A stretch of DNA of 61,669 bases, the filler included, from Vannella sp. (Eukaryota), in the NCBI GenBank assembly GCA_023345925.1. It is 7 parts of 7 records of this genome, joined end to end, with 100 filler letters (N's around TTAATTAATTAA, not from the genome) between each part and the next. Parts side by side here need not be neighbours in the genome. Positions count along the whole stretch, not along the records: positions 39,857 to 51,258 come from JAJQQN010000451.1; positions 51,359 to 57,824 come from JAJQQN010001196.1; positions 57,925 to 61,669 come from JAJQQN010001371.1; 4 more parts are not named here. One strand, given 5' to 3'. The first letter of the stretch is position 1; each line of letters begins with the position of its first letter. The translations under genes were made by a program, and so were the position numbers. Below, in pieces: positions 48,328-60,055 of this stretch. A model generated the notes under the pieces. The model saw only the letters and a program-made list of their open reading frames with translations. It was not told the origin of the DNA and did no database searches.

Positions 48328-49374
48328 ATGCCATTTGGTTTCCACACGATTATAATCACTCCTGAAGGTGGTTTAGTGGGCTTTGGATTGAACTCTAATG
48401 GACAGCTGGGCCTTGGGAACCAAAACCATTTCCAACTCCCTGCCAAGTCCCTTTGGCATGGTCCGCGTCCAATTCAGGTGGATTGGGGAACTGCACATTC
48501 TCTTGTACTTGACGAAGAGGGAAGGGTGTGGCAATCCGGCCTCTGCAGGCCTTCCACTTCGTTTTTCATCCCCGTTCTCGGACTTCCTGTGATTGTCGAA
48601 ATTGGGGCAGGATTCTACCACAGCGCTGCTTTAGATATCAATGGGGATCTTTGGGTATGGGCTAATCAACGAGTCATGTCCTGGGCCTCCTTTGAACCGT
48701 GTCGAATGGAAGGACTTCCTCCTCTGCATCGGATGGCTTGTGGAAAGGACTTTGTTGTTGCAGAGTCAAGTCAAGGACTTCATATTGTGGGAGACTTCCT
48801 TTCCGGCCAGATGGTTGGTCGCAAACACCGAAGTTCCAAGTCTCCTCCAATCTTCTATCCTGTCAATGAGCTTCCCCCCGCTCCATTCCGGTGCTTAGCA
48901 GCTATGTCTTCGTGTATTGTATTGGTTGACGCAGACGGTAACGTTTGGAACCTTGGAACCCACTTTTTCGGGTTTCTGGGTCACTCGAAGTGTTGGTCTG
49001 GATTTCTCCGTATCAGAGTTCTCTCTTCTGTTCGAATGGTTTCGTGTGGTCAGTTACATACCCTCGCTTTGGATGATCTTGGCGGCGTCTGGACTTGGGG
49101 AATGGGGGAATGTGGACAACTCGGCACTGGGCGATCTGCTAATGAGTACTTTGCTTCGCCTGTAGATTCCTTAGAAGGTTGTGTTTCCTTGGTTGCAGGA
49201 GGATACCATTCTCTTGTGATTTCGCCGGATGGCGGTCTTTTAGCGTTCGGGCATTCTTGGTTTGGTCAATTGGGGGTTCAAGTTCCACTCCACCAATTCA
49301 CTCCTGTTCAAACTAATCTCCAAGCTGCTCCTTCATTCTTCAACAAGTGTCGACTTAAGAGTGCCCGTTTCTGA
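48328..49374 (+). CDS. RCC1-repeat beta-propeller protein; may have an upstream exon
   Basis: GLNSNGQLGLG, AHSLVLD, SCGQLHTLAL...WTWGMGECGQLGTG, AGGYHSL...GQLG. Confidence 0.88.
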   Translation: MPFGFHTIIITPEGGLVGFGLNSNGQLGLGNQNHFQLPAKSLWHGPRPIQVDWGTAHSLVLDEEGRVWQSGLCRPSTSFFIPVLGLPVIVEIGAGFYHSAALDINGDLWVWANQRVMSWASFEPCRMEGLPPLHRMACGKDFVVAESSQGLHIVGDFLSGQMVGRKHRSSKSPPIFYPVNELPPAPFRCLAAMSSCIVLVDADGNVWNLGTHFFGFLGHSKCWSGFLRIRVLSSVRMVSCGQLHTLALDDLGGVWTWGMGECGQLGTGRSANEYFASPVDSLEGCVSLVAGGYHSLVISPDGGLLAFGHSWFGQLGVQVPLHQFTPVQTNLQAAPSFFNKCRLKSARF

Positions 49375-49891
49375 TGGCCAAACGCACGATTGTTTCATCA
49401 CTTGTCTGGCTGAGAACCATCTCTGTACAATGCAACTTGTAGCCCTGATGAATCACTGGATAAGAAGAATATGCAGAACAGACTGTTTGCAGCTTTCATC
49501 ATCCCTCCAACATTTCCACTCTTCCTTCAGTCGATTCTTCTTTTTCTGTACTTTCCAAATCTCAATAAAGATAAGAGCATTCAGAAAACAGGGTCTTTCA
49601 TCTGATTGCTCGATTGTGAGTGAGTTTCGAACCTCTCTAACCTTATAATTCCTTGTACAACCCACTCTTGAAAGGCAACGAGTGCAAGGTGTGGCGATGG
49701 CGCTTCTCCTCGCATCAGCTTGCGAAAATCTCATTCCAGTTCTCCCCGATTGGTGATAGACGTAAACTGTCCCTTTGGTGCCTTGATGGCGTTGGATCCG
49801 AATTTTCGATGGAAGTCTCCTTTCGGCCCGCTTTGATAAGCGGACCAATCAACGTTGGTTTGATGCAAACGATTCATTATCATCCTGGCCC

Positions 49892-51258
49892 ATGCAGCTC
49901 ACGACGCTGGCGATTGCTATTGCCTTTTTGTTGCTTCTGTCTCTTGGCGAGGCCTCTCAGTGTCCTATTCCGTGTGCTACGCCTTACAACAACACTTACT
50001 GGCAGGGTCTAAGCGCGGACAACCATACCGTCACGCTTGTCAAGTCCGCCGCGGATGAAGGCCCTCCGCTGTTAGACCACGTTCTGATGATCATTCAGAT
50101 GCAAGGAGGATCCATTAACACGTCAGAATCTTCATCGTACGGCTCCAACACTGGTACAGGCAACGGTTACACGAGCCTCGGAGGAGCTGGCTGGTACGAT
50201 TTCGTGATCGTAGCGGCCCTTGTGGACAATAATCCAACCTCTATTAAGTACGTCGTCCAAACAGATGTGCCTTTGAGGCACGAGTACACTAGCGACGGGG
50301 CTAATCGGTTCCAAGCCATCCTCGTCCCCTTCTGCAATGTGGCGATCATCGACAACACGACCGCGATCCCCCCATGGAATGGCTTCGTTGGAGGTGTCCT
50401 GGCAGTGCTTGCCAACACAATCCAACTCGGGAACGTCTCCCTTCAGGGAAAGGGGTTCCGCGGTGGCCCTCAAGTGGAGAGGTTCGCTTCTGGAGAGTTC
50501 TCGTCCAACTTTCGTGATAACTCATCTAGCAATGTATCAGGGTACTTGAATGGGCTGAAAGGAGAAGGGTTCGTTGGTACCCCTTCAGGGTTTCATTCGT
50601 TCCCAGCGACCTATCTGCAAGGGCTCGACTGTGCCAGAGGTGCTCCTGGAAACGCTGGTGGAGGAGGTAATAGTGTTGATTGTGGAGGTGGTGGAGGTGC
50701 AAATGCTGGTCGAGGAGGAGATGGAAGTATCTACGTCAATTCTATTGCCCAGCCAGGCATTGGCGGAGCTCCTCTCCCCTTGAACGCTTCCGAACGGATC
50801 TTCCTTGGTAGGTGACCAATACGTATATAAGTATAGCATTAATCTAACGTGCACAGGTGGTGGTGGAGGAGGAGTGTCACGAAATGGCAACAATTATATT
50901 GGTCCCAATGTTACTGGACTCTCTGGAGGAGGCCTTCTTTACCTCCACGCGTTCAGTCTGATCACCCCTATTGGTTCAGCGATGCCAAATGTTCAATTGA
51001 ATGGTGCAGAAGCCAGGTCCATTCCAACCTGGGACGAAGGTGGACCAGGAGGTATGTCCCAGGAAAATCACTTTTGGTGTTTTCTGACTTCTTGTGGAGG
51101 AGGTGCGGGTGGGACTGCTGTTGTTATTTGCAACAATTTGACAGGATTCTCTCCTGATAGCTTTATGTGGAACCTGAAGGGAGGAAATGGCATTACCCCA
51201 AGAATAGATCACGGAGGAGGCGGTGGTGGGGGAGGAGGATACTTTGCAACCTCTGGAG
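49892..51258 (+). CDS. Secreted Gly-rich protein with a bacterial adhesin-like domain; 3' truncated
   Basis: Signal peptide; IIQMQG, WNGFVGGVLA, GKGFRGG, KGEGFVGTP, RGAPGNAGGGG, GGGGGANAGRGG. Introns near 50808-50857 and 51052-51100. Confidence 0.75.
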
Positions 51259-51358
51259 NNNNNNNNNNNNNNNNNNNNNNNNNNNNNNNNNNNNNNNNNN
51301 NNTTAATTAATTAANNNNNNNNNNNNNNNNNNNNNNNNNNNNNNNNNNNNNNNNNNNN
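51259..51358. other. Artificial contig linker
   Basis: N44-TTAATTAATTAA-N44. Confidence 0.98.
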
Positions 51359-52030
51359 TTCAGCAGTTCTCCTGGGTTAGCTCCTTCTCCGTGAACGAAA
51401 TCGTCCATTTGGTGGAGCCTAAAGACATTCAGGAAACTGTACGTATGAAACAGTCTGAACATCGATGTGTTTTTTTGGTCCATTCAGCATTTCTTCGAAT
51501 ATGCTTGCAGACGTGCTTGCAGACGTGCTCTTTGGATGTGGGCGAGCGGCAGCGGTTCTCGGTGGGTCAATGAGCAACCCCAAGTACTCGGCGTAGTTGG
51601 TGCATCTCCGCGTTCCACCAAGACAAGATCATCAAACTTAATTTCTGTCCTACTTCGAATATGCTTGCAGACGTTTTAACAAAGGCACTACCAAAAGAGT
51701 CATTCAACTCTCTCACGTCCCGTATCCGAGCATTCAGATCGGGGGAGTGACAAATGGAGCATCTGAAGCTCAGTCTCCGTTACCTTCCGTTACCTTCCGT
51801 TACAATAGAAGATGCCTCTCCCGCCTGCCTGTGTATATAAGCCTGGTCCCTTCTCCTCATTCTTTTCCAGCCTCCTCTCCTCACAGGGGAGTAATACACT
51901 CACCAGTTCCTCAACCAGTCCCACTGCTGTTAGCACACCGTTTAACAAGTCATTCATCGTACGTGCAGGAATTTGTTGTTCAAGTTTGGAGAGCGGGCGG
52001 TTTACTGATGCGAGAGTTTCCTCCATGTCA
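51359..52030 (+). mobile_element. Ty1/copia LTR retrotransposon remnant (internally deleted), with PPT and 3' LTR
   Basis: EPKDIQET pre-RT motif; RNase H end KIIKLNFCPTSNMLADVLTKALP; PPT AGATCGGGGGAG at 51736-51747; LTR starts TGACA at 51748. Confidence 0.8.
51748..52030 (+). repeat. Putative 283-bp LTR
   Basis: TGACAAATGGAG ... CTCCATGTCA terminal inverted repeat; internal TATATAA at about 51834. Confidence 0.7.
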
Positions 52031-52337
52031 AACCCAGCTACACATCCAAGCACGTCCCAAAGATTTTAGCTTCAATAAACCTCCGCACTTCACTTAGACT
52101 CAAAAGAATCGTGAAGGAGGGGGGAGTGAGGAGAAGGGAGTCCTCATTGACAACAATTCACAAAAACACTCGCGAAACCCAAGACGTGCTCCGCAATAGA
52201 TGCGGGGAAAGTATAATCGTGCGCCAAATTCATTCTCCAGACTTGCCTAATTGCCAAAAAAGCAGGGAGAGAATTGACGGTTGTTTGCGGGATCCCGCCA
52301 GTGACTTTGTGAGTGAATGAGAAGATCCTTTCTTGGA

Positions 52338-54111
52338 TCAGCGTAAATCAGCTACTCGAAGACTACTGCCTTCTGGCAGGGTAAAGGTATGAAGACAACT
52401 TGCAAAGAGGGGAACTTGCTGGGTATGTTGGTGTTCTCCTCGAAGGAGACACTCGGAAACAACCTTCATCCCATCTTGGGTAAGTTGAAAGATTTCTTGT
52501 CTTCCCGTGGATTGGTTAGAGGACTCATGTCAGGCGGCAAAGAACGATTCCTACTTGGAAGGATCTTGGCTCGACATAATGACACAGATGGCCTCTGGCA
52601 GGTCCTTTTGGAGGAGAAATTGAGTATGCTGTTCATTTCCTTGCAGAAACATGGAAGAGTGAGGATGGACTTGGATCCACCCGAGTTTCATCAATCCCTC
52701 GGCAGCAAGGAGATGGGCAGCTGTTGGATCATTCAGCGCTTGCTCACTATTCCCATGAATTTGGCGGGGGATTACAATGGCTTCCACTCGGTACGGGTCA
52801 TCCAAATTCTGTTAAGGGTGAGAAGATGGGAGATGGCAATAACGGGACGCACCAAGACCAGGGGACCCGCTAAGATTCCCAAAGCCGGAATGCCTCGTCG
52901 GAAGCTTTCCGAAACAGCTTTGTAGAAGGCTTCAAAAAGCTGTTCATCCACAAGGACCTTTCGGATGGCTGGAGGAGGAGATGGCCTTGTGATCGGTGAC
53001 TCATTCAAGTTGCTCATCACATGAATAGGGATGAGCTGAGTACCATCCGGAAGAAGAAAAGTCCCATCAGAAAGGCTGGGCACCTCCACAACTCCGGGAG
53101 GGAGAATTGCACTTTCAGGCATTAATTGCACTCCCAGTGGGAGATGCATTACTTGCCCACTTGCTGGTGACATCAATCTCATTTCTCCTGCAATAAGTGC
53201 AAACTGTCCGAGTTGCTGGACTTGGATGTGAGAAGGTGGCAAGGGCGAGGGCAGCACAATTCCAGTCTCTGGCCTATGGAGTGATTGGCCTCTAGTCTCA
53301 AGTCCACTCAGGGTATCTAATGAGCTCCAAGAGTCTCTTAGAGAGGTGGGAGAAGTCTCAGATACCGCCAGGGGGACTGAAACTGGTATGAGCGAGGAGG
53401 AGAAGATGGGAAATAGCTTTTCTTCTCCCTCTGCCTGGCTTTCCGGCATCTGAAAGCCGGACCCTGGTCCCCGCACCCTTGAGTGAAATCCCTTTGCATG
53501 TCCTCCTTCCTGCAGAGGTGGAGTGAAGGATGGGGGGGCAGTGGTGCCAGAAGGAGTGGCTGAGGCGGCTTTGAAGCGAGAAAGAGCTTCTTCGTACCGG
53601 CTATCCGATAGTGCAGTTGGAGAGAGAGTGGGAAGGTGATTCAATCCGTGAAGATAAGAAAGGTCCTCTCCCTCCTTCTCTTCATCGCTCAACAGAAGAT
53701 CAGCCAAGTCCTCAAGCTCGCCCTCTGGAGGGAGCTGCACTTGTGGTGGGAGGGGAGGGAGCTCTTTTGTGTGCCTCCTCTCCATCTGCGCCTTGAGCAG
53801 AACCACATCACCGTGGATGGCGTGGGCCTCCCGTTGGAGAGAAGCTGGCACGTCCTTGGGACTCATTGCCACCCTCCTGTGAAGAGTCAGCAACTGGTAT
53901 CTGGGAGAAGGGAGCTGCCCACCGAAGGAACTGGACGTAGTGAACGAGAGCGTTCTCCAACTTGCGAAGGCGCTCCTGCTCTTTGGCCTTCCCGCCCTTG
54001 TCAGAGGGATCCTGGCGGTTCCCTTGCCTGTACCTGTTGTAATGTACTACTGAGCTCTTCAAGACCCGTTGGCACCCACAGGGCCGCAACAAAGTCCTCC
54101 CATTGGGGCAT
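52338..54111 (-). CDS. AMSH/STAMBP-like protein (MIT-like N-terminus, MPN domain) with degenerate JAMM motif
   Basis: LENALVHYVQFL; RGIPALGILAG; IVIPRQ; LGWIQVHPHSSMFLQGNEQHTQ; LPEAICVIMS; IFQLTQDGM...C...GEHQH...VADLR*. Confidence 0.8.
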
Positions 54112-54195
54112 GGGCGGGAGAAGGGATGAGGAGGGAATGGGCTGTCTACGTGGAGGTGTATTGACAGGCTCACGGACCCTTCTGTTTGTGGCAAC

Positions 54196-57100
54196 TCACT
54201 GAGGAGCTGAAAGCAGGGCTGCAAGGATGTTGTGAGCGATCTGGGAAGCAACGGGAGCGCGCGCTTTGGTGACGATGGTGCAACCGGCGGAGGCGGCTTG
54301 GAAGGTCATCTCCACGAGGACAGGAGTACCTTGCACGCGAGTAGAAAGGTACATTACACTCTGAGCATGCCTTCTGGTGAGAGGAAGGAGGAGGAGGAGG
54401 GCGGGGAACGAACCTTTTCGCCCAATTGACGGAGAGCGATGAAGAAGACGTGGTTCTGGCCGAGGAACTGCTGGACGCTTTGTGTGTCCTTTGTGCGCAC
54501 TTTGGCAATGTTCTGTGTCTGCTCACACTCATCGGGCATCTCTTTCCACAGCCCGAGGAACTCCGTCTTCTCCAGTTGCCTGTTTCCGCACAGAAGGTGA
54601 GAAGCCACCTAGGAATGCGGGAGGAGGGGGAAGGGCTGACCCGTCAGCGCTGAAGATGAAGCGGAAGGGGATGAGGTCTTGGAAGTAGTAGATCTTCACA
54701 TTGTTCTTCAATGCCACTTGCAGGAAGGGGGAGGAGGCCGCATTGGGGGCTGGCGCATCCAGAAGCAAGGGCACCCGAGCTACAGTGGATTGACCCGGCG
54801 CTACGGAGGATACCTGAAGGGGCGCTGCCAACTTGAGGCCGACAATGTTCGTGTTGAGCTGCAGCGCGAAAGAATCAAGTGCGATGGAGGAGCGGTTGGC
54901 AATCATCAATTCCAAGTGGATTTGACTGCCAGAGAGGACGTAAGCAAGTGCCACCCCCATTCCATCCGCATTTTCGGGTGACAGAACAACCTTGGCGTCT
55001 GTTTTCTCCTCTGCTTCGGCTGCACGTGGCGCAACAGATGCAGATGCAGCAGAAGGAGTCACAGCGACAGGAGCACTTTCCCCTAATCCCAGTAAATCCA
55101 CAGCAGGGGCAGGGGAATCCAATCTGCAACTCGTCCCGGTTACTACTTATCCCTATCCTTGGAATCCAAGGCAACCTGTGGAGAGGAGAGAGAGAAAGGG
55201 AGGGCCTTACGAGAGTCTTTCAACGGGAATGTCAGGCTCTTCCTGTTGTCCCTTATTGACGTTCTTGAGATGGGCACCAGCCTTCCTCGACTTCACAAAG
55301 GTCTCTGCTGGTTTGTGATAAACGGACGCAACGTTAGAGAGCTCAGCGATAAGATCGTTGAGGATGGCGGGGTCGAAGCGGTGAGTGTCATCCGTAATTT
55401 GCGGCTTTTCTGTCAATACCACGTCTTCCGCAGCCTTTGGACCGTCTTGGAGAAGACGCCAATAGATGAAAGCACGATCGCGGAGATCGGGGTCGTCACT
55501 CTCCTTGGTCGCCATGTCAAACACGCGAAGAAGAAGTGCCTTTGAGTTCTTTGGGCGTTGCAAGAACAACTTGACCGTAGCCGTGAGGAGCTGCATCTGC
55601 ACTTGAGAGTCTTCGTCGTTAAAGTTATCGAGGAAGGTGCGAAGGAGAGCACTCGAGTTCTCAATTTTCTTGGCGTACTCTCCGATGATCCAAATCATCG
55701 CCGCCTTGGCTTCTGGCTCATCCAAAGTGTCCAAATTTTCGCAGAGCTTGCCGATAATGCTCTCGTAGCGGTTGGGGTACCTGCGGAAGATGTCTTTGAT
55801 GACAATAATCGACTCTTGGACAACCGGGTTAAAGCCATTCTCTATCAGTTCGAGAAGGACGTGGATGCAACGCTCTGCTGACTTTTCTAATTTGATGGCA
55901 CAGCGGCCGATGGCTCTGATGGCACGGCGGACAAACTCAATGTCTGCTGCTGTGGCATACCTGCAAAGAGATGAGCCACATGCGGAGAGATGAGTCCCAA
56001 TCTCCTCCTTACTCCTTGAACTCAAGCAGTACTTGGTCGATGTTCCGCTCTGAGGCTAACATGATGATGATCTCAAGCTTCTCCATTTTGACGTAAATGG
56101 GATCGTTGTACTTGCAGAAGAAGACTTTCATCTCTTGCACAAGCACATCTGGGCGCTTCTGTAGGATGAGGCTCATGTTCCGCAGGGCCACGTACTGGAT
56201 CTCTGGTTCTTTGGACAATAATGTGACGAGAGGCGCGGACATCTTGCGGCTGAGAGTCCTCACAACCTCTTCCGACTGGATGACGTCCATGTAGCACATT
56301 AGAACCTGGTTTCAATCACCACAGAGTTAGCTGAGACCGCTGAGAGAGAGAGAGAGAAGGAGCTATTCTCATAAAAGCGGACTCACCCGGATGGCCCCGA
56401 GGACTACGGCAGAGTTGGAGTGTTGAAGCCGTGCAGTGATACGATCAGCAACGCTCTCTGCTTCACGAGAGTTGGCAGGCTGGTACTTGGCGATAGCATT
56501 GAGGATGACCGTTTGTCCCCACTCTGTACTCTCATTGAGTGCCGCCAGGAGCTTGCTGAGAGTGATCGAGTTGATAATGAAAACGCCACCGCCACTAACT
56601 TCGTCGATCTCCGATAAGGCAGCCACGGCATTGGATACGACCATGGGGTTCGAGTCTGCCAGGAGGTCAATGAGGATCTGTACGAAGCCCTGCTGCTCGA
56701 CAGTCTCTGGTGAGATGTCGTATAACTTTGCTACACAGATAGCAGCCGTCTTGCGAACGTAAGGGTCCGTGTCCTGTCGAGAATTAGTCATGCAAGTCGG
56801 AGTCGCCCACCAGGCGCATTACTTTGAGGGCTGAGCGGAGAGGATGGTAAAGGTACTCGGCAATCTTTGGTAAGCGGATGCAGCCCATCGTGCGAATGGC
56901 GAGGGCACGCACCAAAGGATTGGGGTTCTTGGTGGCGTCCTTTACGGGAGGTTAGTGTGCTCCTTGGCGTCCCAAAGAAGAGAGCAAGAACGGGAGAATG
57001 TCAAAAGATAGGGTACGAACCGTAACAAAGGTGTTGACGGAGAGGATGACAAGGTCGGGCTGGGACTTGGCGTAGTTCATGACATACAAGTAAACGAGCT

Positions 57101-57344
57101 TCTTAAGCTCAAGGTCGTTCGTATTGATGCACTTGACGACGTGAGGGAAAAGCATGGACACGTCCTTCCCGATGGTCATTGCACCAATGACGCCTTTCAA
57201 AGCGTTCTTCTGCTTCTCAGGCTTCTGGCTCTCCAACTCCTTCTGCATTTCATGGATCTCGCCTGTTCCTCAAGATAAGTTCCCCTTCTTGTGAACAACA
57301 AGCGGCGTACCCTTCTTGGCGGGATTGAAGAACTTGACCGACAT
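54196..57344 (-). CDS. AP1B1: AP-1/AP-2 complex beta adaptin (multi-exon)
   Basis: [69 protein letters not shown] clathrin box, ear domains. Confidence 0.95.
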
Positions 57345-57379
57345 CGAAGACAAGCGGAAGAGGAACTGTTCTCTCCACG

Positions 57380-57408
57380 AAACCCTAGCTTTCTAAAACC
57401 CTAAACCC
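57380..57408. promoter_or_regulatory. Telo-box motifs upstream of beta-adaptin
   Basis: AAACCCTA at 57380-57387 and AAACCCTAAACCC at 57396-57408. Confidence 0.55.
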
Positions 57409-57824
57409 CTCTTCCTTCTTTTTGGCGTTACTGATCGGGACGATGGGTCAGACGATCGAATGTTGGCCAGCGGAGATCTCGCAAGCAAATGGCGAAAAAT
57501 AGAAGTCACGAGCTGGAACCTTCTTTTGGCTTTCAAAAGGTCATTCTCTTCCTGCGGAAGCAGCTCAGCCAGTCGGATCAGTTTAACCGGTCCAGCAATG
57601 TAGTCAGAGTGCCTTCTCCCTTCTTTGGAGTGGCTGATGGACACATTTGTGAATTTCCAATCATTCCGAGAATTTTCTTCCGAGGAAAGTTTCACCTTTC
57701 CTTCTGGAATCAATCCACCACACAAATCATTTGAATGAAAGAATAAACGTCATTCTCATTCCAGGGTCGAGGATGGGGGCAACGGGCTCGAAAGAGGTGG
57801 AGCGCGCATCGAAGCAGAGTTCAG

Positions 57825-57924
57825 NNNNNNNNNNNNNNNNNNNNNNNNNNNNNNNNNNNNNNNNNNNNTTAATTAATTAANNNNNNNNNNNNNNNNNNNN
57901 NNNNNNNNNNNNNNNNNNNNNNNN
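57825..57924. other. Artificial contig linker
   Basis: N44-TTAATTAATTAA-N44. Confidence 0.98.
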
Positions 57925-58411
57925 GCCAATAAGGCAGTCTCTGACGAGCTTGATTTGAAGTGCTCCGGACCTGGACCAGCTCCTGCTGGTAACCCGGAGG
58001 AGTCCAGTGCTATATAAGCTCTTCTGTTTCAGCTTTGGGGACTCAGAAGACTATTCTGAAAGTATGTGACATTCTGCAAGTCACATTCTGCACTCTTTGG
58101 ATCACTGGAACACTCCAATTGGCACCAGAAAGAACGAGCGACTGCAAAGGGAAGGGCTGCGGGAGGGCGATCACCTTCGAGGACCGGAGAACGTCGACTC
58201 TTTGATCGCCTGGCAGGGCTTGGTGACCGACTTAGACTGTGAGAGGGAGATCTGCGAGACTGTTTCTTTCTCCAGCACTCCTGGCCTGCTCCGAAGACTT
58301 TGCCTCCAAATCACTGTCATCGTCACTGCTTCCGATTCCGATTCAGCTCCTTTATAAATAACAATAATAAATATGCATAAGATAACAATAAAGGGCAGGA
58401 ATGGGAAAGCA

Positions 58412-59002
58412 TCAAACCCAACCGAACTCCTCTGCTGTCGACACGGAAGTGAAGGCCCGAAGGAAGGATAGATCCTCCAGTCTCAAGCGCTCAGGGAAAA
58501 GGATACCAATTGAAGTGGCAATACCATAGTGTTGATGGGATCTGAAAGCGAGGTGAGGAGGTGGAGGAGTAAAGGCTTGAGACATGCGCGGAAAGGACTC
58601 CTTTTCGACGCCTTTTTCGCACCAAATCAAGGAGAAAGGAAGCTGGTTTTCTTGTACCACATCATAGATCCACACCTTGTATCCAGGTGGAGAGGGATCG
58701 CTTGTTCGAGATCGTCTCGTGTTCATCTTGTAGATGACGACATTGGTCTCCGAGTCCACGGGAACGGAAAGGCGGCCACTGGACTGGTTCCACACCCATG
58801 CGTCTTCAGAACTCTTGGGAAGCTGATCTTTGAATCGCTTGGTGGTACTAAAGCCAACGAACCCTGTGTAGGGAACAGCAGTCAGGTAGTCGTTGAGATG
58901 CGGCAACTCATCCAACTTGGGAAGATGGCTGGTGAGGACATTAATCGCACGCTGTTGTTCAGGGGCGAATACGTAGTCCGGGTTCAGCAACCCCCTCATC
59001 AT
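58412..59002 (-). CDS. Hypothetical protein; start uncertain
   Basis: Intronless ~190-aa frame with globular-looking motifs WVWNQSSGR, YKMNTRR, YKVWIYDV, LIWCEKG. Confidence 0.65.
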   Translation of the reverse strand: MMRGLLNPDYVFAPEQQRAINVLTSHLPKLDELPHLNDYLTAVPYTGFVGFSTTKRFKDQLPKSSEDAWVWNQSSGRLSVPVDSETNVVIYKMNTRRSRTSDPSPPGYKVWIYDVVQENQLPFSLIWCEKGVEKESFPRMSQAFTPPPPHLAFRSHQHYGIATSIGILFPERLRLEDLSFLRAFTSVSTAEEFGWV

Positions 59003-59221
59003 CACACTTGACGCTTCAGAGAAATGAAGAAATTTCTTGGTTGGTGTGGATCTTGATCCTTTTGCCCAAAAAAGGAAAATTCGGTTCGTAGGCGAATGAA
59101 TGGGGACTTGAGAGTTTTCCACAATGTCTCCTTCTCGCGCCAGACAATTAGATTACAACCACTTGCGTCTTATTCACAAACCCATTCGGTTGATTATGAG
59201 GGTTTGGGGATTATTCTTTTG

Positions 59222-59961
59222 ATGGCAGACAGCAAGGTGGGGCGGGACAACCCAATTGTCTTCTTTGACATCACGATTGGAGGACAACCTATGGGACGGA
59301 TCAAGATTGAACTCTTCGCAGATGTCGTCCCTCGCACAGCGGAGAACTTTAGGTAGAAGCCACTCCCCAGAATCGAAGAGTGATCTTCTGATCTTTAGGG
59401 CAGGCAACTCTGTACTGGCGAGTTCAGGGTGAAAGGGGAGCCAGCTGGATACAAAGGGTGCTCCTTCCATCGCGTGAGTAAGGACTTCATGATCCAAGGA
59501 GGTGACTTCCTCAACAACGACGGCACGGGAAGGCGCTCCATCTATGGGGAGACTTTTGAGGATGAAAACTTCATTCTTGATCACTCTGTTGCTGGCCTCC
59601 TTGCCATGGTGAGGACAACACCCGTCAAAGTCTCCCATTCCGATCATCCTGACTGGTATGAAGGCCAACTCGGGTCCAGGGACGAATGGATGCCAGTTCT
59701 ATGTAACATGTGATTCATGTGACTGGTTGAACGGGAAGCATGTCGTCTTCGGTGAGTCATTGGAGGACTAAACCACGCATGATCTCATTCTCTCCTTCAG
59801 GGCGAGTCACTGAAGGCATGAAGGTTGTGCGAACGATTGAAAATGTCCCTGTGATCAACAATAAGCCAAAGCTCCCCGTCATCATCTCCCAATGTAGGAG
59901 AGACTACTTCCTCCCTCCGTTTCGTTCTCACTGGATCCACTTTGCAGGTGGGGAGCTGTAG
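59222..59961 (+). CDS. PPIH: Cyclophilin H-type PPIase (multi-exon)
   Basis: [58 protein letters not shown]. Confidence 0.9.
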
Positions 59962-60055
59962 TACTGCGACACTGATACTAAACATGTGATTCTTGCATGT
60001 ACTTGGTTGAATCAGCCCGTGGGGGTGGTAACGGGAATCATTCTTTGCCCTTCCA

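Noticed and set aside
51494..51674. CRISPR-like short direct repeats
   Set aside because: Only 2-3 irregular copies inside a copia remnant in eukaryotic DNA, with no spacer periodicity and no cas genes.
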